DNA of 64,000 nucleotides from a virus (IMGVR_UViG_3300037418_002577:1-64000); one strand, 5' to 3'; shown: positions 27,375 to 37,606, counted from the first letter of the stretch. Numbers and translations are program-made. The notes: a model not told the origin generated them from the sequence alone.

Positions 27375-29033
27375 ATGCAGTCCACCCCTGCGCTTAAGCT
27401 CAACGTCCTGATCTTCTTTCCGGCCTACGGCGGCAACGGCGGCATTTCGAGCGAGCACCCCGACATTCGTCAGTGGGCAGTCGAGACGATCCTGAAGATG
27501 AAGGCCGATCCCCGCGTCGGTCAAATCTTCGAGTACACCGTGGCCGATACTCCGATCACGATGACTCGCAACCGCGCCGTCGTCGAAGCCCGCCGCCGCG
27601 GGGCGCATGTCCTGATCATGGTCGATTCCGACCAGTCGCCCAACAAGCATCGGAACGATCCCGGCTTCAAGCCGTTCTGGGATGTCGCCTTCACCGAAAT
27701 CTACAACCACTATCAGGCCGGCCCGCTGGTGATCGGCGCTCCGTACTGCGGGCCGCCAGACGGCAGCGAGAACGTCTACGTCTTCCAGTGGGATGACCTG
27801 GGCGACCGGGCCTCCGAGACGTGCGTCCAACTCAACCAGTACACACGGGCGCAAGCCGCGATCATGTCGGGCGTGCAGGAATGCGCCGCGCTGCCGACGG
27901 GTCTGATCATGTACGACATGCGGGCCTTCGACCTGATCGAGCCGACCGGGCGCGAACGCCGGCTGATCCTCGAAGACGTGCAGGCCGGCAAGTTGTCGAT
28001 CGAGAAGGCGGCCCGCGAACTCCATCAGGGCTGGTTCTATTACGAATGGACCGACCAGACGGCGAGCGAGAAGGCGAGTACCGAGGACGTCACGAACACG
28101 CGGGACATCTCCCTCGCTGGCATGCGAGTCCTGGGTTACAACCCGGTGCGGTGCGCCTGGGATTCCTGGGTCGGGCACCACAAGCCTTGGAACGTCGGGA
28201 AGCCGAAGCGGACGACCGTCGAGCAGATTTCCAGCATGTTCGCGCATGCCGTCGAGAACGGCGACTCGATTCGCGAGCGGATCGTGAATGTCGATTTGAC
28301 CAAGGGGTTCGATCTGTCGCAGGTTCGGGGTTCCGCGCCGGTCTCGCCGCAGCCGGAGTCTGGCGAGAAGGTCCGCGACCTGTTCGGCCATAAGGTGACA
28401 TCGTTCGTCCACCAGACTCCGATCGAGCATCTGGAGTCGCTGCGTAACCTCTGCTACGAGGAGCGTGGCCGCAAGGATCGCGTGATCAACATCTGGGAGA
28501 TCGGGAGCTGGGTGGGGGAATCCGCGATCGCGATGGCTTCGATTGGCGATGGCGTGCATGTTCGTTGCGTGGACACCTGGGGCGGAACCAACGGGGACAT
28601 CACCGGGACCATCGCGAGCCAAGCTAGCTCCAAGGAGATTTACCGGAGGTTTCTGCAAAACACCCGCGAGTTGCCGAATATCCATGCGCGCAGGGGTGAG
28701 TCCATTGAAGTAGCCAAGGACTTACGGTCCCAAGTGCTCAATTATCCGATCGACCTGATCTTCATCGACGGCGACCACTCCTACGAAGCAACCAAGGCCG
28801 ACATCCTCGCATGGTGGCCGCTGCTGGACAATGACGGCGTGATGATCGGCCACGACTTCCAGACTCAGCAGTTCCCGGGCGTTGATCGCGCGGTTCGCGA
28901 GATCTTCGGCGCATTCGCAACACCGTATGCGATCGGCCCGACCGGCGGATTCTGGATGGTTCGCAAGGCCGACCTGCACGGCTTCTGCCTCGCCGACATC
29001 GAAGAGCGGATCAAGAACATCGCGAGCAAGTAA
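27375..29033 (+). CDS. GT-A-fold glycosyltransferase fused to class I SAM methyltransferase (Methyltransf_24-like)
   Basis: TRNRAVVEA...LIMVDSD (DxD), ALPTGLIMYD, STEDV, VGHHK; then WEIGSWVGES and DLIFIDGDHSYE...MIGHDF. Confidence 0.8.
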   Translation: MQSTPALKLNVLIFFPAYGGNGGISSEHPDIRQWAVETILKMKADPRVGQIFEYTVADTPITMTRNRAVVEARRRGAHVLIMVDSDQSPNKHRNDPGFKPFWDVAFTEIYNHYQAGPLVIGAPYCGPPDGSENVYVFQWDDLGDRASETCVQLNQYTRAQAAIMSGVQECAALPTGLIMYDMRAFDLIEPTGRERRLILEDVQAGKLSIEKAARELHQGWFYYEWTDQTASEKASTEDVTNTRDISLAGMRVLGYNPVRCAWDSWVGHHKPWNVGKPKRTTVEQISSMFAHAVENGDSIRERIVNVDLTKGFDLSQVRGSAPVSPQPESGEKVRDLFGHKVTSFVHQTPIEHLESLRNLCYEERGRKDRVINIWEIGSWVGESAIAMASIGDGVHVRCVDTWGGTNGDITGTIASQASSKEIYRRFLQNTRELPNIHARRGESIEVAKDLRSQVLNYPIDLIFIDGDHSYEATKADILAWWPLLDNDGVMIGHDFQTQQFPGVDRAVREIFGAFATPYAIGPTGGFWMVRKADLHGFCLADIEERIKNIASK

Positions 29034-29662
29034 TGGCACCGATTCGCACCAAGCAGACGCAGCCGACTCCGCCGGAGGCCAAGATTCCTTCGACAATGAA
29101 GACGTGCTGCGCCTGCAACAATGCGATGCCCGCGACCGATGTTTACTTCGATCTGGACGCCTCGCGCGAGGACGGGCTCCGTCAGCGGTGCAAAGACTGC
29201 CGGCGGAAAAAGAGCAAGGGGAACATGGAGAAGCGGGTCGGCGCGCATGCCCGGCGCCTCGACAAGCAGACTCGCAACATGCTGACCCTGTTGGCGAGCC
29301 CGGACTTCAGCCCTGATCAGGTCAACGGCGTCCCTCATATCGCCAGCGTCTACGAAGAGATCACCCGCCTCTTCGGCGGCGCGCAGGGGGTCGCCCAGCA
29401 TTTCATGATTCAGTACCTGGAAGCCCCGGCCGGCGGTCAGATCCGCCAGCGGATGCTGGATGCCTATCTCCGGCTGGCCAATAAGGTGTCCGACTCCGGG
29501 GCCGCGAAGAAGCCGCTCGAACTCTGGACCGAGGACGAGTTGCGAGAGTTCATGGAGAGGAAACGGGGCGAGTTGACCCAGGTCCAAACGATCTACGTCG
29601 AGCGGGAACCCTCCGGTCCCCCGTTGATCGAGGAGGCCGGTCATGGCACGCAAGCCACTTGA
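29033..29662 (+). CDS. Putative terminase small subunit with N-terminal C4 zinc finger
   Basis: CCAC...RCKDC; helical; immediately upstream of and overlapping TerL. Confidence 0.5.
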   Translation: MAPIRTKQTQPTPPEAKIPSTMKTCCACNNAMPATDVYFDLDASREDGLRQRCKDCRRKKSKGNMEKRVGAHARRLDKQTRNMLTLLASPDFSPDQVNGVPHIASVYEEITRLFGGAQGVAQHFMIQYLEAPAGGQIRQRMLDAYLRLANKVSDSGAAKKPLELWTEDELREFMERKRGELTQVQTIYVEREPSGPPLIEEAGHGTQAT

Positions 29663-31388
29663 TCTCCCGGCGCATCCCCCGGACCCGCGCGCCGGAGCGT
29701 TCACGCGATCGTCGCACGACACGGACGAATTCCTGGCCGCGGCGATGGAGTTGCAAAGCCGGTCTGAGGAGGCTCTGGCCCTTTACGAGCCGACCCCCTT
29801 TCAGGAAGCGTTTCACGCCTGCCCGTCACGTGAGCGGTTGATTCAGGCCGGCAATCAAGTTGGAAAATCTCTAGCCGCCTTCGTCGAGGTGGCGCGGGCC
29901 CTGACCGGCCAAGATCCGCACAACAAGTACCCCACGACGGACGGGGTCGCGATTTGCTTGGGGATCGACGAGAAGCACATCGGCCGCGTGATCCATAAGT
30001 ACCTCTTCCGCAAGGGGGCGTTCCGGATCATCCGCGACAAGGCGACCCGGAAATGGCGAGCCTGGAAGCCCTGGATTCCCGAGGATGCGGAGCGGCGGGC
30101 GGAAACTCGCCCGGCCCCACCGTTGATCCCGGAGCGGTTCATCAAGAAATGGGCGATGACCAAGGCCGCCAAGCACATCTTCGAGACGTGCGAGTTCCAT
30201 AACGGCTGGGTGCTGCACGCCTATTCGTCGAACTCCGAGCCGGCGGGCGGTTTCCAGGCCGACCTCGCCCACATCGACGAAGACATCATGCGGCCGGACT
30301 GGTACGACGAGTTGATCGCCCGCCTGTCGATGCGGAATGGCAAGCTGATCTGGTCGGCCCTCCCCCTCGCCAAGAACGACGCCCTGTGCAACGTGATCGA
30401 GCGGGCCGAGGATGAGGCGAGCAGCGATAAGCCGACGACCTCCGTGTTCCGGGCTTCGATCTTCGACAACCCCTACATGCCGGAAGAGGCAAAGCAAGAG
30501 AACATCAAGCGATGGCGGGCGAAGGGTGACGACGAGTACCGCAAGCGGGCCCTGGGCGAATTGGTCGTCGATTCGATCCTGATGTACCCGACCTTCTCCA
30601 AGACGCATCACTCGTGCATCAAGGCCGAGGATCCGCGGCTGGAGATTCAACGCATCCTGACCGATCGAAACGGCACGCCGCCCGATGACTGGACGCGGTA
30701 CATGATCGTCGACCCCGGTCACACGGTCTGCGCGGCCCTATTCTTCGCCACGCCGCCGCCCGAACTGGGCGACTTCCGTGTCTGCTATGACGAGCTCTAC
30801 ATTCAACAGGCCGACGCGAAGCTCCTGGGGATCGGGGCGAAATCGAAGTGCGGCGAAGACCACTTCGAGGATTTCATCATCGACATGCACGGCGGACGGA
30901 TCCGCGAGATCGGGAGCGGCGAGCTCCCTGTCCGGCAGTACGAACGGCACTTGGCCGACAACCAGGTGATTTGCGAGAAGCGGGGAAGCCGGTTCCTGGC
31001 CGGCTGCGATGACGTCGAAAGCCGCGAGGGATCGCTCCGGGAATGGCTGATGACGCGGCGCGACGGGACGACGAAGTTCCTGATCAACCCGGCCCGCTGC
31101 CCGCACACCTGCCGCGAGATGAGCCGGTTCAAGAAACTGACCACGACCGTCGGCGGCCAACTCGTCCCCACCGACAAGGGGAACCGAAAGGCGAACACCC
31201 ACTGCTGCGAATGCCTTGAGTACGGCGCGGCGCACGGACTTGATTTCGTCCCGCACAAATCCCGCGCGATCGCCCTCTCGCCGTTCCAGCGGAGGTTGGC
31301 CGCCCGAGTCGAACGGAAAAAGATCCGCCTTGCGAAAAGCTGGAACGGATCGGAAAAGACCATCACTCTCGGCCCGCAAGGGTCATAA
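29643..31388 (+). CDS. terL: Terminase large subunit
   Basis: Walker A AGNQVGKS, Walker B LAHIDED, nuclease YMIVDPG, C-terminal HCCECLEY. Confidence 0.9.
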   Translation: MARKPLDLPAHPPDPRAGAFTRSSHDTDEFLAAAMELQSRSEEALALYEPTPFQEAFHACPSRERLIQAGNQVGKSLAAFVEVARALTGQDPHNKYPTTDGVAICLGIDEKHIGRVIHKYLFRKGAFRIIRDKATRKWRAWKPWIPEDAERRAETRPAPPLIPERFIKKWAMTKAAKHIFETCEFHNGWVLHAYSSNSEPAGGFQADLAHIDEDIMRPDWYDELIARLSMRNGKLIWSALPLAKNDALCNVIERAEDEASSDKPTTSVFRASIFDNPYMPEEAKQENIKRWRAKGDDEYRKRALGELVVDSILMYPTFSKTHHSCIKAEDPRLEIQRILTDRNGTPPDDWTRYMIVDPGHTVCAALFFATPPPELGDFRVCYDELYIQQADAKLLGIGAKSKCGEDHFEDFIIDMHGGRIREIGSGELPVRQYERHLADNQVICEKRGSRFLAGCDDVESREGSLREWLMTRRDGTTKFLINPARCPHTCREMSRFKKLTTTVGGQLVPTDKGNRKANTHCCECLEYGAAHGLDFVPHKSRAIALSPFQRRLAARVERKKIRLAKSWNGSEKTITLGPQGS

Positions 31389-31421
31389 CCTCAGTCCCAC
31401 CCCAAGGAAAGTAGGCACACC

Positions 31422-31931
31422 ATGGCGACCGCAGAACTGACCCTCGTTCCCACTGAATCCGAGATCCAAGCCTGGCGCATGCCGTCCCCCGAGGTCGGCG
31501 AGCCCGTCCGCTGGTATCCGCACGCGATCATTGACGCCAAGGCCCCGCTACTCGGCTGGATCGCGCGCGTGTCGCATCGCAGTGTGGTGATCCGGTTGGC
31601 GGCCGGCGACGTGAAGGATTCCGTCCCGCACGTCGACGATCCGCGGATGCGAGTCAACGCCAACCGCCGCGAGTTCGGATCGTGGGATTACACCGAGGCC
31701 CACTACCGCTACGACCGCGAGATCGAGGCCCTGAAGCGGCGGGTCGCGGCGCTCGAGTCTATGGCCCCGGCCGATGACGCCAAGGAGCCGGACGAAGTCC
31801 CCCGGGAAAGCGGCGTCGAGGATTACCACGCTCTGCGGCGGCGGGCCAAGGAGATGGGGATCGAGTTCACCCAAAACCCCCCGCGCGACTGGCTGACCGA
31901 GCAGATCGCCCTGAAGCAAGCCCAGCAGTAA
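31422..31931 (+). CDS. Hypothetical protein with C-terminal Rho-N/HeH-like helix pair
   Basis: YHALRRRAKEMGIE...RDWLTEQI. Confidence 0.6.
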   Translation: MATAELTLVPTESEIQAWRMPSPEVGEPVRWYPHAIIDAKAPLLGWIARVSHRSVVIRLAAGDVKDSVPHVDDPRMRVNANRREFGSWDYTEAHYRYDREIEALKRRVAALESMAPADDAKEPDEVPRESGVEDYHALRRRAKEMGIEFTQNPPRDWLTEQIALKQAQQ

Positions 31932-31987
31932 CCGAACTGTTCGGAGTTTCCGAATCGTTCCCGGAACCCACAGAATGGGAGACCTAA

Positions 31988-34150
31988 ATGGCCAAACTCG
32001 ACGGAAAACGACATCCCCTCGCGCCGCTGTGCAAGCAATGGCTGTCGCTGATCAAAGTCGCGCAGGAGAAGAAGCACCGCGAGTTTGGCCAGTTCGCCGA
32101 GGAGGCAATGAAGTTCTACGACGGCGCCCACGACTTTATGTGGGACGTCGACAAGTACGCCACGGCACCCGGAGGGTTTCTCGACAAAGACTCCGGGACC
32201 GCCATGCCGACGTTCCGCATGACCGTGAATCGGCTGTTCGAGGCCGTTGCGCTCTTCGGGCCGGCCCTGTTCCACAAGTACCCCCAGGTGGTCGTCAATG
32301 CGATCGAGCCGCCGGAGATCAGCCCGGAATCGCTCGGCTTCGACCAAGCCGACGAAGCGGGGATGCAGCAATACCAGCAGATCATGGCTGAGCAAGCGGC
32401 CGAGGCCTCCCGCAAAAAGACAATGGCCAGCCTGAAGCAGCGATACCTCAACTGGCTGCAAGTCGCGGCGAACAAGAAGAAAGAGGCCCGTGAGTCAATC
32501 ACGGAAACGCTGATCAAGGGGATGGGCGTCCTCTGGACGGAGATGCGGCGGCCGCGGGGAAGCCGGATTCAATACCCGGCTTCGGTTCATGTCTCTTGCG
32601 ACGACATCGTGAAAGATCCAGACGCGGAATACGATCATCAGGTCGAATGGATCGCGCGCCGCTGCGTGCATGCCGTCAACCGGGTCGAAGAGAAGTATGG
32701 CCTCCCGGCCGGCAGCCTGCGTGGGTCGATGCAGTCGCTCGAATCGCAATCCACCGCGAAGGGGCGCAAGGACGCCAAGTCCGGCAAGCAGGACACAACG
32801 TCGTACGACTTGATCGAATACTGGGAGATCTACTCGAAGAACGGTATGGGTGATCGCCTGAAAGGGGCCGGCGAGGGGAACAAGGTCAAGTACGACCTGT
32901 CCGAGTTCGGCGACTTTTGCTACTTGGCGGTCGTTAAGGATGTGCCCTATCCGCTCAACATGCCGACCGAGATGCTCGAGCGCGGCGACTCCGAGGAGTT
33001 ATTCCAGGCGGCCCAGTGGCCGATCCCGTTCTGGACGGACGAAGAATGCTCGAACGGCTGGCCCTATGCGGAGTTGTCGTTCTACCACAAGCCGAAGTCC
33101 GTCTGGCCGATCAGCCCGGTCAAGCCCGCGATCGGCGAACTGCGGTTCGTCAACTGGTGCATGAGCTTCCTGGCCGACAAGGCGGCCGCGAGTTGCAAGA
33201 CCTACATGGGGGTGATGAAGTCGGCCGCCGAGGAGATCCGCCGGCAGATCGCCGATTCGTCGGGCCCGTTCACGATCATCGAGATTTCCGAGATCGTGGG
33301 CCAGCCGATCGACGAGATCGTGTCGATGCTCTCCGCGCCCGACATGCCGGATCTGGTCTGGAAGATGGCCACGGAAACCCTGGAGTTTATCGATAAGCGA
33401 CTCGGGACGACCGACTTGATCTACGGCCTGTCGAGCACGCAGATGCGATCCGCGGCCGAGGCGCAGACTCGCGACGCGAATACCCAGGTCCGACCCGACG
33501 AGATGGCCAACCGGGTCGAAGACTGGCTGTCGGAATCCGCGATGAAGGAAGCGGAGGCCGCAATCTGGATGCTGACTCACGACGACGTGGTTCCCGTGCT
33601 CGGGGAACTCGGGGCGCACATCTTCGAGACGCAGATCCAGACGACCGACTTCGACCAGATCGTTCGCGACTTCGATTACACGATCGCCGCGGGGAGCGCG
33701 CGGAAGCCGAACAAGGCCCAGCGGATCGCGTCCCTCAACGAGTTCGGCCAGATGTTCTTGCCGGTCGCGTCGGCAATGGCGGAATCCGGGCAGGTCGGAC
33801 CTTACAACGCCTTCATCGAGGATATGTGCCGGGCGCTCGATCTCCCCGAGCCGCAGCGGTATCAGATCGACCAGCCGCAAGCCTCGCAGGGTCCGTCTCC
33901 CGAAGAAATGGACGCCCAGGCCAAGCAGCAGGAGATGCAGCAGTCGGCCCAGCAGCACGAGCAGGAGATGGCACAGAGTCAGCAGAAGTTCCAGCAGGAG
34001 ATGACCCAGGAGAAGGCCCAGCATCGGCAACAGACGCTTTTCGATCAGCAGGACAGCAAGATCCAGTTGCAAACGTCAAAGGCGATGGGGGCCGCGAAGG
34101 TCGCCCAGGCCAAGAAACCGAAACCCAAGCCCGTAGCAGCGAAGGCATGA
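31988..34150 (+). CDS. Portal protein
   Basis: 720 aa after TerL; EAMKFYDG, TVNRLFE, LIKGMGVLWT, SAAEAQTR, Gln-rich coiled-coil C-terminal barrel as in P22-like portals. Confidence 0.85.
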   Translation: MAKLDGKRHPLAPLCKQWLSLIKVAQEKKHREFGQFAEEAMKFYDGAHDFMWDVDKYATAPGGFLDKDSGTAMPTFRMTVNRLFEAVALFGPALFHKYPQVVVNAIEPPEISPESLGFDQADEAGMQQYQQIMAEQAAEASRKKTMASLKQRYLNWLQVAANKKKEARESITETLIKGMGVLWTEMRRPRGSRIQYPASVHVSCDDIVKDPDAEYDHQVEWIARRCVHAVNRVEEKYGLPAGSLRGSMQSLESQSTAKGRKDAKSGKQDTTSYDLIEYWEIYSKNGMGDRLKGAGEGNKVKYDLSEFGDFCYLAVVKDVPYPLNMPTEMLERGDSEELFQAAQWPIPFWTDEECSNGWPYAELSFYHKPKSVWPISPVKPAIGELRFVNWCMSFLADKAAASCKTYMGVMKSAAEEIRRQIADSSGPFTIIEISEIVGQPIDEIVSMLSAPDMPDLVWKMATETLEFIDKRLGTTDLIYGLSSTQMRSAAEAQTRDANTQVRPDEMANRVEDWLSESAMKEAEAAIWMLTHDDVVPVLGELGAHIFETQIQTTDFDQIVRDFDYTIAAGSARKPNKAQRIASLNEFGQMFLPVASAMAESGQVGPYNAFIEDMCRALDLPEPQRYQIDQPQASQGPSPEEMDAQAKQQEMQQSAQQHEQEMAQSQQKFQQEMTQEKAQHRQQTLFDQQDSKIQLQTSKAMGAAKVAQAKKPKPKPVAAKA

Positions 34151-34154
34151 AAAC

Positions 34155-34724
34155 ATGGCAGGAATCTCCAGATCGAAGCGCATCGACATCCTTGAGGCGG
34201 AAATCGCTAATGCCCCGATCCACGTTCAGGATGCGTACTTCTGCGCCCTGATCGAGGGGACAGACGCCATTCTCGCCCACATGCTGGCGATGCGGCAGGG
34301 CCCGCAGATGAAGGGCTCCGACCGCGCCTTCGGGGAGGGGCAGCGGTTGAAGATGGGGGCGATGCACGAGCGGAACCGCGACAAGATCCAGGCGATCGCG
34401 GAGAAAGCCGGCATCCGCACGCAGGGAAAATACTACGTCGGCGGGCTCGGGCGCTACAACGACCCGGCCGCCTGGGTCTCAACCGCCGACGACGTGAAGT
34501 CGGTCCTGAAGGCGAAGAACCTCACGGCAACCGGAGTCGTCGAGCATCAAGGGGTCGCGATGCCGCCTCCGCCGCCGAAGCGACTGTCAGAGCGACTGAC
34601 GCGAGAGTTCGTCGCCAAGACGCTCAAGGCCGAACCCAAGACGGCGGAGGCGGTGCGGAAGAACCCGAAGAAAATGCGGGATCTCCGGGAACGGGTGATT
34701 GCTACTCACGGGGCGCGACGGTAG
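34155..34724 (+). CDS. Hypothetical head-associated protein
   Basis: Follows portal; RBS; 189 aa. Confidence 0.65.
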   Translation: MAGISRSKRIDILEAEIANAPIHVQDAYFCALIEGTDAILAHMLAMRQGPQMKGSDRAFGEGQRLKMGAMHERNRDKIQAIAEKAGIRTQGKYYVGGLGRYNDPAAWVSTADDVKSVLKAKNLTATGVVEHQGVAMPPPPPKRLSERLTREFVAKTLKAEPKTAEAVRKNPKKMRDLRERVIATHGARR

Positions 34725-35529
34725 GCAGCTTGTCTCGCCCGTTCTCGCAGCCTTTCAGGGGAAACCCGGCCTTGGCTGCATGGTACGCCCGCTCAATCGC
34801 CCCCTTCGACCACTCTTTGCCGGTCGTGCGCCGCACGCTACGCAGGAGCTTGTAGTACACCCGCATGTAGGACAGTTTGTCCCTGTCCAGTAGTTGCACA
34901 ATGTACTCGCACTGCTGGCGCTCCTCGGGATTCACAATGAAGCGGGACTTGGCCCCCTTGTCGATCTTCTTCCAGCCGATCGGGGTTCCGCCTCCATACG
35001 GGAGGCCTTGTCGGCGTTTCCAGGCCAGCGACTCTTTCGTGCGGGTTGCGATCATCGCCCGTTCGAGTTGGCCGACCGCACCCAGGATCTGAGCGAAGAA
35101 CATCCCGACATCCGTTGCCAGATCAATCGGGAAGTCCAGCAGATGCAACCGGACGTTGCGGGCCTTGAACTTCTCGAGCACCTCGCAAACTTCCTTGGTG
35201 GATCGCATCGCACGATCCATGCGGGCCACGACGACATGATCGCCGGGCCGCAGAAACCGCCAAACGGCCTCCCCTTGCGGGCGCTGCACCCAGGGCTTGC
35301 GGGTCGATTCGTTCGGGTCGCAGTACCAGCCGGCCCATTCCATGTTCGCCGGCAACTTCCCCGCGGCCTTGGAATCCCGGAACCACTTGAGGCACAGTTC
35401 CTCTTGCTGCTTCGGGCTGATGACCTGTTTGTCGGTCGAGGCGCGCCCGTAGCCGAACAGATACGGCCGGTCCTCGCGGTGGTCGTTGTTGACGAAGAGG
35501 TGGAGATTGTCCAAGATGGGATCAGCCAT
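34702..35529 (-). CDS. Serine recombinase (resolvase domain plus short recombinase-like domain)
   Basis: FGYGRAST (catalytic Ser), VVVARMDRAMRS, LERAMIATRTKE, PIGWK. Confidence 0.9.
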   Translation of the reverse strand: MADPILDNLHLFVNNDHREDRPYLFGYGRASTDKQVISPKQQEELCLKWFRDSKAAGKLPANMEWAGWYCDPNESTRKPWVQRPQGEAVWRFLRPGDHVVVARMDRAMRSTKEVCEVLEKFKARNVRLHLLDFPIDLATDVGMFFAQILGAVGQLERAMIATRTKESLAWKRRQGLPYGGGTPIGWKKIDKGAKSRFIVNPEERQQCEYIVQLLDRDKLSYMRVYYKLLRSVRRTTGKEWSKGAIERAYHAAKAGFPLKGCENGRDKLPTVAPRE

Positions 35530-35628
35530 GACGTGTTGCTCCTTTCAGCAATCGTTGTGGTGAGAGCCGGCTCGGGTCTGAACCACCTGGGCCGGCTCGT
35601 TCATTTTATCGGCAGGTCACGTGCCGGT

Positions 35629-35925
35629 CTATGGCGATGCGGGGGCCGACTCCGTGTAGATTGTTTCTCCAGCCGGATTCGTGATCGACAGGCATCGAAT
35701 CAGGTCTTCGCCGCATTTCGTCCTTGGCGGTTGATCCGATCCGGCCCCCTGCACGGCAAGGGTCCGGTTGCAGTCGCACGAAAAATTCCCCTCTTCCCAC
35801 TCGAATCGCATGCGGTGATCGTGCGAATCGGCGTCCCACCCTGGATGCGGTTCGTACTCAAGGGCCCACTCTTGGCCATCTCGCATGCCGCGGAGCGTTA
35901 CTTTGTACTTTTCGGCGTCGGGCAC
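35629..35925 (-). CDS. Hypothetical protein
   Basis: RBS GAGGAG before GTG; WEEGNFSCDCNR motif. Confidence 0.7.
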   Translation of the reverse strand: MPDAEKYKVTLRGMRDGQEWALEYEPHPGWDADSHDHRMRFEWEEGNFSCDCNRTLAVQGAGSDQPPRTKCGEDLIRCLSITNPAGETIYTESAPASP

Positions 35926-35966
35926 GTTCGCGTCTCCTCTCTTGTTAGAGCGGAACAATTTCGCAA

Positions 35967-35995
35967 TTGCATGTCAAGACCGCCGCTGGTAAATT
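35967..35995 (+). promoter_or_regulatory. Sigma70-type promoter for neck/tail genes
   Basis: TTGCAT-N17-TAAATT. Confidence 0.5.
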
Positions 35996-36063
35996 AAACC
36001 TCACCCAAGCGTTCTACCTTCCCATCTAAGACAGAAACAGTTGGCTCAACGCCCTGTTTCTGC

Positions 36064-37212
36064 ATGCTTTACACCTTCCAAGACGCGGTCCTTGATGCCC
36101 TGGATTTCCAAGGGCAATCGGCTGGCTCTGGCTCTGACCAGAAGCCGACGCGATTTGCGCGCCGCGCCGTGGACGACGCCCTCCGCGATCTCGCTAACGC
36201 CCACTCCTGGGCCTATTACGAGCAGGGCTACCAGTTCACCACCGTCGGCACTTACGCCACGGGCACGGTCACTTACGACCACACCGGCGGCACCTACGAG
36301 CGGCAACTGACCCTCGCGAGCGGCACCTGGCCAAGCTGGGCGAATCTCGGCTCGATCCTCGTCGGCAACATCAGTTACCGCGTGTCGACCCGCGTCAGCG
36401 ATTCGGTCGTCACCCTCTCGCCGAACTCCAATCCCGGCGACGATTTGGCCGCGGGGACCGCCTACACGCTCCTGCGCGACACGTACCCCTGCCCGTCCGA
36501 CATGGTTTCGGCGGGCGACCTGTACGACCTCACCAGCCAGCAGTTGGTCCCGAACATCACCCCCGACGCCATGCAGCGGCGCAAGTTGGCTTACGTCGGC
36601 GCGGGGCAGCCGTTTTTCGTCACCCTGATCGGGGACGACAATTACCAAGGCTCCATGGCGTTCAAGTTCAACCAGGCTCCGGATTCCGCCCGCGAGTTCG
36701 GGTTCGTCTACCGACGTCGCCCGCGCGACCTCAACATCCCGGGCTACGCCACTGGGACGGCCTGCACGACCGTTGACAGCACGACGGTCTGCGGCACCGG
36801 AACCGTCTGGTCGGACGCAATGGTTGGTTCCGTGATTCGCTTCAGCGATTCGAGCACGGCCCCGACCGGCTTGATCGGAACCAATCCCGCGGCTCTCGAG
36901 CGAGTCGTCGCCAGCGTCACTGACGCCACGCACCTCGAGTTGGACGCGGCCGCCGACCGGACCCTCTCGGGGGGCATCGCTTACGCGATCAGCGACCCGA
37001 TCGACATCGACGTCGGCCCGATGCTTAACGCCTTCCGGGCCGGCCTACGGAAGTCGGCGGCTCCCGCGGCTGACAAGAAAAACTCGGACGACGCCGAGTC
37101 GCGATGGAGACGCGACCTACGGCTGGCAATCGAGGCCGACAGCAAGTTCCGTGGCCAGAACTCTCGCTGGATGCCGGGCTGGTACACGCTGCAAAACATC
37201 ACGACGGACTGA
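36064..37212 (+). CDS. Head-tail adaptor/tail tubular protein with inserted beta domains
   Basis: Helical start (AVDDALRDL...HSWAYY), YPCPSD, QAPDSAREFGFVYRRRP, helical end; two Thr/Gly-rich inserts. Confidence 0.65.
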   Translation: MLYTFQDAVLDALDFQGQSAGSGSDQKPTRFARRAVDDALRDLANAHSWAYYEQGYQFTTVGTYATGTVTYDHTGGTYERQLTLASGTWPSWANLGSILVGNISYRVSTRVSDSVVTLSPNSNPGDDLAAGTAYTLLRDTYPCPSDMVSAGDLYDLTSQQLVPNITPDAMQRRKLAYVGAGQPFFVTLIGDDNYQGSMAFKFNQAPDSAREFGFVYRRRPRDLNIPGYATGTACTTVDSTTVCGTGTVWSDAMVGSVIRFSDSSTAPTGLIGTNPAALERVVASVTDATHLELDAAADRTLSGGIAYAISDPIDIDVGPMLNAFRAGLRKSAAPAADKKNSDDAESRWRRDLRLAIEADSKFRGQNSRWMPGWYTLQNITTD

Positions 37213-37241
37213 TTTCAAACCCCAAGTTTGGAGATTGCGAC

Positions 37242-37550
37242 ATGGGCTACTTGATGATCGACCACCGCGGCACGATGGCGCCGGACGGCACGAAAGGGAG
37301 GCTGCAGGAATTCGACACGCTCGCCTGCAAGCATTGCCAGGCGGTCGTCGCGGTCCTCGACAAGAACCACCCCAACGTCCGGTCCTACACCCCGAAGTTC
37401 AAATGCACGCGCTGCAACGGGCCGGTCTGCCGGGCCTGCGCCGCGCTCGGTGTCTGCAACCCGATCCAGGCCCGAATCGAGCATGCGGTCAAGACCGGCC
37501 GCTGGGACGAGAAGTACCTGTTCAAGCAAGGCTCCGTCCCGATGAATTGA
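37242..37550 (+). CDS. Zinc-binding protein
   Basis: CKHC, CTRC, CRAC, C; RBS GGAG. Confidence 0.7.
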   Translation: MGYLMIDHRGTMAPDGTKGRLQEFDTLACKHCQAVVAVLDKNHPNVRSYTPKFKCTRCNGPVCRACAALGVCNPIQARIEHAVKTGRWDEKYLFKQGSVPMN

Positions 37551-37606
37551 AGCCACCCGCGATTTCCTTCCCCACAGTCGTCCCCCGAGTCAAAGCGAGT
37601 CGTCCC

